Below, piece by piece: positions 51,616 to 64,000 of a stretch of 64,000 nucleotides of DNA (position 1 is its first letter; every line of letters begins with the position of its first letter). Location: positions 248,001 to 312,000 of the forward strand of contig JBODTK010000106.1 in NCBI GenBank assembly GCA_050613775.1. The letters are read 5' to 3'. A program made the translations under genes and the position numbers. This DNA is from Neocallimastix sp. 'constans'. Its lineage: Eukaryota. A model generated the notes under the pieces. That model was not told the origin of the DNA. It saw only the letters and a program-made list of their open reading frames with translations, and made no database searches.

Positions 51616-51778
51616 TTTACTATTATCATCATCTTTTTTTTTTTTTTTTTATCTCTGAATTACTTATTACTATTATCATCATCTTTTTTTTTTTTTTATC
51701 TCTGAATTACTTATTACTATTATCATCATCTTTTTTTTTTTTTTTTATCTCTGAATTACTTATTACTATTATCATCAT
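51616..51778. repeat. Tandem repeat TACTATTATCATCATC(T)nATCTCTGAATTACTTAT, ~3.5 units
   Basis: Direct reading. Confidence 0.85.
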
Positions 51779-52269
51779 ATGCCTGGATTAGGCATCTGAG
51801 AGTAAGAGATATATTGAAAAAAAAAATTCCTTATAAATAATAAAACTAAAAAATTGATCTAAAAACTGAAAATAGTAGAAGGTTACTCTATAAGTTTGAT
51901 ACCGTTTTCCGAAAAAGACTTTACCGATGTTATGAATTATTTATTTAAATCATCCAGTAAATATTCAATGTATTAATGATAATATAGATATTTTTATATC
52001 CTAAGTCTTTAATATAGATACTTAAGTCATTTCCTTTTACAATTGATTTTAAAGTTATAATCATTGTTCATCAAAACTAAAAAACCTTTTAAAAGTATTT
52101 GGGTATCCTATCTTTAATATAGATACTAGTGCATTTCCTTTTACAATGTGTTTATCCTATCTTTAATATAGATATTAAATCATTTCCTTTTACAATTGAT
52201 TTTAAAATAATAATCATTATTTAGCAAAATTAAAAAGAACTTTTTAAAAGTATTAGTTAGTACATTTCA

Positions 52270-52381
52270 GGTTTAGATTTTAAAAGTATGGATAAAGATG
52301 GAAAAACTTTATTGACTTAATGCATTAAGTCAATAAAGAGTTTCAAAATCATAACATATCTATATTAAACCAAATATCTGA

Positions 52382-52415
<34 letters not shown>

Positions 52416-52674
52416 ATTTACTTAACAATAGCAATGACAATGATGTAGAATTATTATTATGACAAATATTAAAAAAGTGATAAGTCAAAGTATGTTTTAA
52501 TATAAAAACATATTAAATCCAGCTGTTTCTAATAAAAAATATATTTGTATATTTATAATTCGAATCTAATATTTAATAATAATAACTAACCCATTAAATT
52601 TACTAATGATCTTAATTTTTAATGGTTTTAACAAAAAACAAAGAAATAAAATTTCTACAGAAATATACCTTATT

Positions 52675-52714
<40 letters not shown>

Positions 52715-52759
52715 TAATAACAATAATAATAACAACAACAACAATAATAATGATAATAA

Positions 52760-52851
<92 letters not shown>

Positions 52852-53850
52852 TTAAATCCTTTAAAAAGGTTGGTATCAAAAAATTATGGATGATGGAACC
52901 TCTTATATATTAATATATTTGACCTATTAAAAATGTTAATCGATCATGGCTTTTATGTTTCAATAATAATATTAAACAATTTAAAAGAAATAATTTAGCC
53001 TTATGAATCATTTTTTCATAATAAATATAAAATTGTTGATTTTCCCAATACTTAAAAATTATTAATAATTCGTGGATTAAGTTTGAATACAAAAGATGAA
53101 AATGGTTACAGTATTTTGAATTTCGCTATGGAATTTATAAATGAAGATGTCATAAAGTATTTAAATAAATTATGCAATTGGTGTTGATAATAATATTAAA
53201 ATAGATGTAAATGCATTCTTTTCTCAAAATGAAAATAATTATAATAAAAATAATGAAAAAAATTGAAAAAAAAATTAAAAAATTACATAAAATAACTAAT
53301 ATTTACTCAAAAACAGGTTTAAATGTTAATAAAAAAAAAAAAAAGATAAAAATAAGAAGATCCTATTAACCTACGCCATTGAAAATGAACATTATCAACT
53401 CATTCATTATTTACTAGAAAAAAAAAAAAAAAAAAAAAGATAGAAAAAGATCAGACTATAAAGTTTCCGTGTTTGTTTGCTTTTTTTTCATATAGTAAAA
53501 ATTATATACAAGATCTTAATATGGATAATAGTAATAGAAATAGAAAATTATAATAACTTCTATATATTAGAAACATTAATTATGTTAAATGACATTATCA
53601 GTTGATTATTATTATAAATTTTATTAGATAATGATTTACATATCAACAAAAAAAAAAAAAATAAAAATAAAATAAAATATAAAATAAAAAAAAAAAAAAA
53701 TACATAAATATGGAAATACTTTACTCAATGAATCAATTAACACGAAAAGTTTAAAATTTAAATAGATATCTATTAGAATATAGTGTTGATATTCAATATC
53801 TTAATAATGATATAGAAGTAATGAAAATGTTAATAATACTATATGATAAA
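52270..53850 (+). pseudogene. Ankyrin-repeat protein relic
   Basis: Ankyrin-like fragments in different frames: DFKSMDKDGKTLLT* (~52276), LNTKDENGYSILNFAMEFINEDVIKYL (~53083), KDKNKKILLTYAIENEHYQLIHYLLE (~53341), KYGNTLLNESI..RYLLEYSVDI (~53706). Interrupted by stops, A-runs and an (AAT)n tract. Confidence 0.6.
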
Positions 53851-53992
53851 CATTAAATTTAATATATTAAAATTTAATTAATAGTAATTATTAATAATTA
53901 ATAATAATAAATAAAATAATGATAATTTTCATAAAATATAGAAATTATTAGTCCTAATCATTCATTTTCAACTATTTACCCCTATCAAATAG

Positions 53993-54179
<187 letters not shown>

Positions 54180-54524
54180 TCCATATTTCCGTATTAATTT
54201 TTGTTTTTATAAAAATAATTTTTTTTTTCTGTGAAAATAATCATGCATCCACAATGAAAATCATCATTAAAAAATTTTTTTTTTTTATAATTACTCATTT
54301 TATCATAACATTATATAATATTACCATTATATATGTAATTATTTTTATATATAAATTATTATTATGAATAATCTTCATTATGGTTATTAATATATTAATA
54401 TTATTTATAAAGATTATATCGAAGAATTATAAATATTATACTAGTTCGAAATATTTCCCTTATTTTTAGTTATTATTAATATCTTTTTGAATTTTATTAT
54501 TGAAAAAAAAAATTTTTTTTATAT

Positions 54525-54559
<35 letters not shown>

Positions 54560-54810
54560 TTATTATTTTTTTTTTTTATTGAATTATATCAATTTATCAA
54601 TTTAGTTTTTAAAACATTAATGTTTTATATTTTAATATAAATAAAAAAAAAAAGAATATAAATTTTGATAAAAGTTATAAATATTATATATTCAATAAGT
54701 GTATAAATTTTTTTACTTATAGTACTATTAAATTTGCTATTTAAATATGTTGTTTGAAATTAAAACTCATAATTTTTTTTATCCCAATTAAGATAATCAT
54801 TTAATAAGAC

Positions 54811-54852
<42 letters not shown>

Positions 54853-56458
54853 TGATGAATTACAACTACACGTAATATAAATTTTCAAATTTATCAAATT
54901 AAATTTTTAAAAAATAAAAAAAAAAAAAAAAAAAAAAAAAATCCATATAATAGGGATGATTATTGTTAATCATATATAAATTTAATAAATATTATACAGA
55001 ATAATATGAAATATATATATATATAAATAATTGAAAACCATATATGCTATTTTTTATGTTGAACAAGAATAAATATAATTTGTTGCAATTACAATTATAT
55101 GATAATATAGTATAAAAAATAAAAAAAAAATTTTAAAGATCATTGAATATTTATCTTTCATTATATTAACTTGTAATATTAACCATTTTTAGAGTTATTA
55201 GTTTAATAATATTGGTAATTTATTAATTTATATATATAAATAGAAACAATAATTAATAATATTGTATCAGAAACAATAGTATAATAATAAATATTAATTA
55301 TTTAAAAATTTTCTGTGATACTAATAATAATAAAAACGGTAATTATTATTATTATTACCATCATTATATTATTATAATTATAATTATTTTTACTAACATT
55401 TATATCATTATTATTATTATTGTTATTATTAATATTATCATTAATACTATTATTATTATTAAATTTTACTTATGTTAAATATAATTTCAAAATAATTATT
55501 GTGTATTACGGAATTTTTTTTTATGTGTTACCTGTTAAAATCATATTACATAGAGTTTTACAAAAATAAAATAAAATCTAAAAGGAAATGATTGTATAAC
55601 ATTATAATATAATATAATAATTATTAATAATTTTTAAATTAAAATTAAAAACAATAATTTCTTTATATATATATATATTTTTTTTTTAATTTTTTTTTTT
55701 TTTTTTTATTTATTTCTATTATTTTCCATTTTTCCTTTATATTAATATTTTCGTGATAATAACAATACTTCCACAAATGAAAATCAAATATTTATATTAA
55801 TCCTAATTATTTATATTATTATAATCCTTTTTAATTATATTATTATATATTATAACTATTAATTATTGATTTATTTTATATACATGTGTTTTAGTCTTTT
55901 TTTTTTTGTGGTAATTTAAAATATGTAAATATTATTATTCATATTAAATATTAATAAAAGAGTTAAAGATTACACAAATTCATAAAATTTTTAAGAAATA
56001 CTTATAATTTAAAATTTTGAAAATTTGATAATTTTTATCTATTTTCTTTAAAATATATTTATTTTCTTTAGATCATCAATATTTTAAATTAAAATATATT
56101 ATAAATAATCTTTTTAAAAATTATAATTAAACATATGTTGAATGATTTTAATGATTTCTTTGTGACAATTGTTGTTTTTATATTGCTATATTAAGTTTAT
56201 ATAATTAATGTGATTTTTAAAAAAATTTTTTTTTAATTAAAATCAAAATATAATTTTTATTTATTGTTTGATTTATTTTTGAAACATTTTATCATTATTT
56301 TATAATACAATTCAATACATTTTGTTTAAAAAAAATATATTATATAAGGAATTTTATGAAACTATGAAAAATATATCTTAATATATTAGTAATAAAAAAT
56401 AATATATATAATCTTTCTTTTTGGAATTTTTATATAATCGTTTAATAAAACTTATTAC

Positions 56459-56489
<31 letters not shown>

Positions 56490-57777
56490 GATGAACTCCT
56501 ATTATGGAAAAAAACAACCTTTATATATATATAATAGTTAATAATAAATACATATATAATATATATTATTTAATACTATATATTAACTGTAATACTGTAA
56601 ATAAAATAAGAAAAAATAAAATAAGGGAAAAAAATTATGATTAATATTATGCTGTAAAATATAATAATAAGGATGTTTATATCTATAATAACTATTCATA
56701 GTACCTTTCATTTTCATCATCATATTAATTAAATTAAAAGTAATATATATAAGTTTTAAAAAAAAAAATTTTTTTATCCTCCTATTATACATTTTTAAAG
56801 TCTTGTTTTTGTAAAATAATAAGAAAAAAATATAGTACAAAAAATAATAAAACAAAAAGAATAGTTACTTTAAAAAATAATAATAATAAATAATAATAAA
56901 AACTGAAATTATTAGATTATATATATATTATATATTTTATGTTTTATATGATATTAATTATTCATAATAATAATATAATATACTACTATGTATTAATTAT
57001 TTACTATTTATTTTAATATAAAATATTTTTTTATGTAAATCTGTTTAATAGAATACACTTTCATTTATGAAAATATGAAAATCATTATATATTATATTCA
57101 AATTTATTCTTATAATAATTAGTGTAATAATAATTTCATCATCATCATTTATTATATATTTATTTGGTTATCTATTTATTTATTATTATCATTGCTATAA
57201 TTATTATTATTATTATTATTTATTATTATTATTTATTATTATTTATTATTATTTATTATTATTTATTATTATTTATTATTATTTATTATTATTTATTATT
57301 ATTTATTATTATTTATTATTATTTATTATTATTTATTATTATTTATTATTATTTATTATTATTGTTATTAATAAAAAATAAAATTTTCAATATTATAGAT
57401 TATTATTTATATTAATTTTACATATATTTTTATTATTTATATTAATTTTATATATAATTTTTAATATTTATATTAAATTTACATATAATTTTTATTATAT
57501 ATATTATTTAATATATTATTGATTATTACTTAATTATCATTATTTATTACTATAAATAATTAAAATTTATTTCACGTGGATCATGAACATTTTTGAATAA
57601 ACCTATAGCTACAACTTTCAGGACAGATTAAATGAAAAAAAACTTTTTTAAAGGGTTTTTAATAATATTTGTAATATATAACTTTTTTTTTTTTTTTTCA
57701 ATTTAAAAAAAAATACAGAATAATAATAAAAGCAACAAAATTATAGTAATCTGCATCTGTAATTAATAATAATAATA

Positions 57778-57893
57778 ATAATAAATAAAAGTGGTATAAA
57801 ACAATGCTATAATAATAAATAAAAGTGGTATAAAACAATGCTATAATAATAAATAAAAGTGGTATAAAACAATGCTATAATAATAAATAAAAG
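57778..57893. repeat. 33-bp tandem repeat x3 (ATAATAAATAAAAGTGGTATAAAACAATGCTAT-like)
   Basis: AAAAGTGGTATAAAACAATGCTA occurs three times. Confidence 0.9.
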
Positions 57894-59314
57894 TTTGCAT
57901 AAAACAAATGTTAATTCTTAATAAAAATTTTATATAATCATATATTTTAAGAATTAAGAATTAATCTAACAATATAATTTTTAAATTATTCATATTATTA
58001 TAATAAATATTATAGTTTATATTACTATTTATATTATTGTATTATTATCCATATTATAAAAAGTAATAGTAAATAGTATTAATAATAAATAGTATTATAA
58101 AAAGTTAAATAAATAGTATTTAATACAAAATTGTTTGAATGTATAAATATATATATATAATAATTAACATTTAAAAATTAAAAATAAAATAAAATAGAAT
58201 AATAAAAAATAATAATAAAAAAATTAAAAATAAAATAAAATAAAATAATAATAAATAATAATAAATAAAATAAATAAAAATTTGATATATATTATTTAAT
58301 ATATTTTAAAAATTAAAATAAAATGTATATATATAAAATAATAAAAAAAAAAAAATAAAAATAAAATTTGATATATAATTCAATATAAAAAATTCCTTTT
58401 TTTTTTTTTTTTTTTTTTTAAAACAAATTTCTATAAATTATGATTTATATATAATTAAGTTTGGTTTGAGATTAATGCAAATTTCAATGTAAACATGTGA
58501 AATACTTTTAAATTAATTATAAATCTTAAGACTATTCAGTGATAAAAACTCAATATATTTTAATCTATTTATTCATTCATTCATTCATTTATTCCATATT
58601 TATTTTCATCCACTATTAATTTTATATACATATAGAGAATACACTTTTCATTATTTATATATAAATATTTAATATTTGACTATTGATGAAAATCTTTTAC
58701 AATAATTAAAAAGAAGTTTTTTGTTATTATTAAAAAAAAAATTATTAAAATACTTTCATAAAAAAAATAATACGAAATAACAATTTTAATTTTATCTTAA
58801 TCAAAATTTAAAAAAAAATAACACGATTTTAATTTTATTTTTTTTTAATTTTTTAAAAAAAAAAAACTTTTATTAACTCTTTTACATATGTATTATTTAA
58901 CATTTTTTTATATATATTTTACTTTCTTTTGTTATTCCTATTATTATATATATACATATATATACCTTCTATTTTTTTTTTTTTTTTGTTATATATATAA
59001 CTTTTTTCTTTTATATTATAATATGCATTTTTTTTAAAAAAAAAAATGGATATTATATTTATTTCTATTTGCTATTCAATAGCATTAATTATTTTCCCTT
59101 TCTTTTTGAAGGAAAGGAACTGTCTATTTATTTTTTGAATTATTAATAATTAATGATATATAATAATAAACCTTCAAGGTTTATACTAATATTCATTATT
59201 ATTTATTAAAGGTTTTTTTTATTCAAAATTATATAATATTATTAAAGTTTTTTTTATTCAAAATTATATAATATTAACTTATTAAAAAATTATTATTATA
59301 TAATATATTATTTA

Positions 59315-59470
59315 TTTTTTTTTTTACTTGTTTCAGTGCGCTTGTTTAATTTTTTTTTAGTTTTTTTTTGTGTTGTATTTTATTATTATAATATATTAAT
59401 ATTAATTTTTTTTTTACTTGTTTCAGTGCGCTTGTTTAATTTTTTGTTGTTTTTTTGTGTTGTATTTTAT
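59315..59470. repeat. Local tandem duplication, ~90-bp period
   Basis: TACTTGTTTCAGTGCGCTTGTTTAATT...TGTGTTGTATTTTAT occurs at ~59325 and ~59415. Confidence 0.85.
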
Positions 59471-60216
59471 TTTATTATTTTTTTTTTTTTTTAATTTTTT
59501 TTATTATAAATAATTTTTTAAATACAAATAATAATATTATTAACGATTTTTATCGTTATATTACTATTATTTCATTATTTATATTAATTTTTATATCTTT
59601 TTTTTTTTTTTTTTTTGTATTTTAGCTTTAACAAAAAGCATTTAAAATAATTAAAAACTTATATTTTTTAATTATTTTAAATATTTTTAATTTATTATTA
59701 TTATTATTTTGTTTTATACTATTGTCAAAAAAATTTTTTTTTTCAAAACTGTTTATTTTTTTTTTTTTTACGATAATGATAATTAAATTTTATTTTATTT
59801 GGGGTATTAAGGAAACTAAGAAAGTAATTGTTAAAAAAAATGTAAAGAAAATACTACTTTTTATATTAAATGTTTATATATTTATTATATAAATATATAA
59901 ACATATATATTTATATAATAAAAAAGTTAAAATAAAAATTTCTCTATTTTAATTTTTAATAAACTGATAAAATAACACTGAATACTCTCTAAAAATTATA
60001 TATATACTTTTTTAAGGATTTTGGATTTTATATTGATTTTTGATAGTTATTTAGTATGAGTTTTACATGGTTACCATTTAATAAATTAATTTTATAAGCG
60101 TAAAAATAAATAAATAATTGTCGGATATGGATATAATTTTTAACTTGATTTCAAATTTATTGAAACAAAAAGTTAAAAATAATAAATCAAAATATTGAAT
60201 AAGATATTATTATTTT

Positions 60217-61175
60217 TTAAATCTCTATTGATGATATTCTTTTTGAATGTAAACTAGGTGATGATTTATTATCTGCATCCCTTGGGAATGAATAACAACT
60301 ATCTATATCCGAACTTGTATGTGTACTTATATTTGATATTTTTACATCTTTTAAACTTAATTTACTACTCTTACTACTTTTATTACTATTTCTACTTCTT
60401 ACGCTATCACTTGAACTAGTTGAACGATGATGTGGATCAACTTCCTTTGATGTATATATCGTTGTTTTTTCTGCTAAGTAAATACGATATCTGTTTAAAA
60501 ATATAGCTAACATTGCCATAAAAGATATATCAACTCCAGCTGCTACTTCATAAATATAATTATATTCTTTGGTAACTAATAAATCTCTATCCTTGTCCTT
60601 TAAATAAAATTTAGCAATTAATGGTGCATTGTCCTCTAAAATACCATAATATACACCAATTTGAGTAAATTTTCTATTGGTTTTTATTTGTAATATTTCT
60701 TTCTTTCCATTAGCTTTATTCACAAAATAAACCTTTACTCTATCAGTTCCAAATTTAATTTTCACTCTGAATCTCACATTATCATCCTTTATAAATATCC
60801 TATTTAAATAAAATAATATATAAATTTTTTAAAAAAAATATTTAATTAAATATATTTTAATTATTAAATAATTCACTTTAAAATTAATAATATTTACTTT
60901 GATGATTTCTTTTCATTATTATCTTTCATATTTAAAACTGGTCTATTTCTCATATCACATAAATATACTTCTTTACATTCAGGTAAAGGTTTAAACATTA
61001 GGAAATATATATTATTAGTTTTATCATAAAATATATATCTTTTCTTTCCATGTATTATATCTTTTTTAACATTTACTGTATATCTTTTGTTAAATACATA
61101 TGTTTTATCATGTAAGTATATTTCATTTGGGATATCTTGTAACTCTTGTCCCTTTAGACTATATGAATTTCCCAT
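60217..61175 (-). CDS. LURP-one-related / Tubby C-terminal-like (scramblase-fold) protein, ~286 aa; exons 61175-60898 and 60799-60217
   Basis: The two ORFs join in frame through a 98-nt GTAAAT...TAG intron; YIYEVAAGVDISFMAMLAI resembles the LOR-family C-terminal Y.L.V..GVD..hydrophobic helix; N-terminus MGNSYS; Ser-rich tail. Family call is from motif memory only. Confidence 0.65.
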
Positions 61176-64000
61176 TTTTTATATTATATTTTATTATAAA
61201 TAATTATTATTATTCTAATAGTTTGTTATTTTTTTACTTATTTATTTTTTATTATTATTTATTTATTAATTTCTTTATTGTAATTTAATATATATATTTT
61301 AAAATTTATTTTCACAATATATAATTTTTTGTATTGGCATAATTATATAAAATAAAAATATTAATTTATTTTCAAAATATATATTATTATTTTAAAAATT
61401 ACTTTTATTTTATATTTTATTATTTTTAATGAAATTTATACTATATTTTTAATTATTTTTTATTAAATTTATAAAAATATTTTCTAAAATTGTTTAAAAT
61501 AGTTATTTTTTAAAAAAAAAAACAAAAAAATTTCTTTAATAAAATTAAAAAAAAAAAAAAGAAAAAAAGAAAAAAAGAAATGAAGAAACATTTATAGGTT
61601 TATATAGTAAACCTTAAAATAATAATTGTAAATAATATATTAAAATTTTTTATTATTAATTTCTATTCCATAATTATTATTTAATATGAAATTGGTGAAA
61701 TTTTTTATTATTTTTTTTACTATTATGAATATTCTTAGTATTATTTTATTATATGAGAATACATTTTATATATATTAATATTTATTTTTTAATAATTTTT
61801 TTTTTTTTTTTGTAATACAAAATTTTAATAATAAAATAAATTATAAATATAATAATAAATAATAATAAATAATAATAAATAACAAAAATTAATATTTTAC
61901 ATAATAATAATAAAGGATAATATTAAAATACTAACATTATTAATAGATAATACTAAAAATAAAATGAAAACAATAATAATAATAATAATATTTGATATTA
62001 GATAAACATTTTTTTTATTTTGATAATAAAAAATAAAAATAAACTTTTAAAAAAATATTAATAGCTCAAACAATGTAATATATTATAAATAAATTAATAA
62101 TATATAAAATTAATTATTATTTTTATTATAATATATAGTAATAAAAAAAAAGTTTTAAATTATTTTTCACTTATCATAATATTATATTATCAATATATTA
62201 ATTTAATATTACTATTTTATAATATATTAGCATGTTATTTATCATACAACATAATTTGATATTATTATATTATCCAATATGTTTGAATTAATTAAAGCCA
62301 TATATTATTATATTAAATAATTTAATTTTTTTAAATATTATTCTCTTATTAAAAAAAAATGATATATATGAAAATTAAAAAGAGGGAAAAGTTTTTTTAA
62401 ACTTATATATATAAATTGTACACAAAAAACTTTATTGTCTTTAAAGTTTTCAGTATAATGCTAAATAAACCGTTTAAATATATTCATTTAGACTGCTTAG
62501 ATATAATTCAATAATTTGAATTGTGGTAATTTCAAGGAAAAAAGTTTATTTGCTAATAAAAAATATTTAAGTTTAAATCAAATAATTAAAAAATAAAAAT
62601 ATTACTTAGGAAAAATCAAACTTGATATATTATAATAAATTATGCTAAAATTTTTATTATTATTAAGGTTAACTTATTAAAAATTACTTAGTATTATAAT
62701 AAATAATTATAATAAACTTTATTAATTAATATTTTTATATTACCAAAAGAAAAAATAAAAATAAAAATTTAAAAAAAAACTTTAAAGATATTACCCAATA
62801 AAATTTTAGTAAAATTCATAGAAATAATTAATATTTTAATAATTATAATAATAAAATCAAAATAGATAATTTAAAAAATATATTAGTATGTGGTCTTTTA
62901 AAAAATTAAAAAAAAAAAGGTTTCCATGTATCAAAAAAAAAAAATATATATTAATATTAATATTAATATTAATAAATATTTAAATAAAATCCTACAAAAA
63001 ATAATATAAGCAATATAAGATTAAAATTAAATTATATATTTAAAAATATGTTTTATTCATTTTGGTATTGATAACTTTGAATATAAAAATTTTTTATATA
63101 AAATTTTTTTAAAAAGGGATGATCAACACGAAAAAAAAAATATAAAAATATGAAAATATTAAAAAATAACAATATCAAATATATAATAATAATAATTAAA
63201 ATATTTAATAATAGTAAAGATAATAATATAAATATTAGTATTAATAAAAGTATCTATTGAAATTTCAATATCATTAAAAATATTAATAAATACTATATTG
63301 TAACATAATAATAGTAAAAATAATATTAGTATTATTACTTCAAATACAAAAGAAAAAAAAAATACTTATCATAAATTTTAATATATAATTAAAAAAATCA
63401 TGTTTTTCTTTTAATCATTAATGAAATTTTTTTAATTATATTTTTTTGTACTATTATTTTTCTGTACTTTTATTTTTTTTTGTACCATTATTTTTCTGTA
63501 CTTTTATTTTTTTTTGTACCATTATTTTGCTGTACTTTTATTTTTTTTTTTCTAACAAAAAAAAATTTAAAAAAAAAAAAATATTAATAATAAAAATATT
63601 AATAGTCATTCCTTCTGTCCTTTTGAATTATGTAAAATATATATATATATGAAGTATAAAGGATAAATTTTTATTAAATAAAATTAAAATAGTCGCTCAA
63701 GGTAAAGCATTTATAAATGAATTGAAATATAAAAAAAATTTTTTTTATTTATGAACGGTCAAAATTTTAATTAAATCATCAGTAAAGATTCCTATCCAAT
63801 TAAAGAAAAGGTAATCCTAAACAATAAAAATTAATAATAATAATAAATACCTGTTAATAATATTAACAGATTAATTATGGAATAATGGATCAATTAAACA
63901 ATAGCAATTGAAACAAATAATAAATAATAATAAATAAATAAATAAATATCTGTTTATAATAATACTAAAAAATATCATAGATCAATATTTAATAATTATT

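Overview
Extremely AT-rich, intron-containing eukaryotic DNA. Composition, microsatellite-filled introns, a bacterial-type intronless hydrolase and the LINE/MULE content suggest an anaerobic gut fungus (Neocallimastigomycota); this is an inference. Host genes: the first exon of a Pro/Ser-rich protein (minus, runs off the left edge), a 16-exon DEAH-box helicase of the DHX57/YLR419W type, an SRF/Mcm1 MADS-box factor, and a two-exon LURP-one/Tubby-C-like protein with an N-myristoylation motif. Pseudogenes: an intronless alpha/beta-hydrolase and an ankyrin-repeat relic. Mobile DNA: an intact ~5.2 kb Mutator-like element with TIRs and TSD, nested inside a short poly(A) retroposon that has its own TSD; a degenerate APE-RT LINE; and three more short GC-rich poly(A) retroposons. 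One of these is a ~560 bp SINE with a tRNA-like head and a 13-bp TSD. The most unusual signals are that these short retroposons share a small 3' core motif, and that two of them carry canonical-looking spliceosomal introns in the sense orientation. Most long ORFs in the track are microsatellite artefacts. All exon and repeat boundaries were read by eye.
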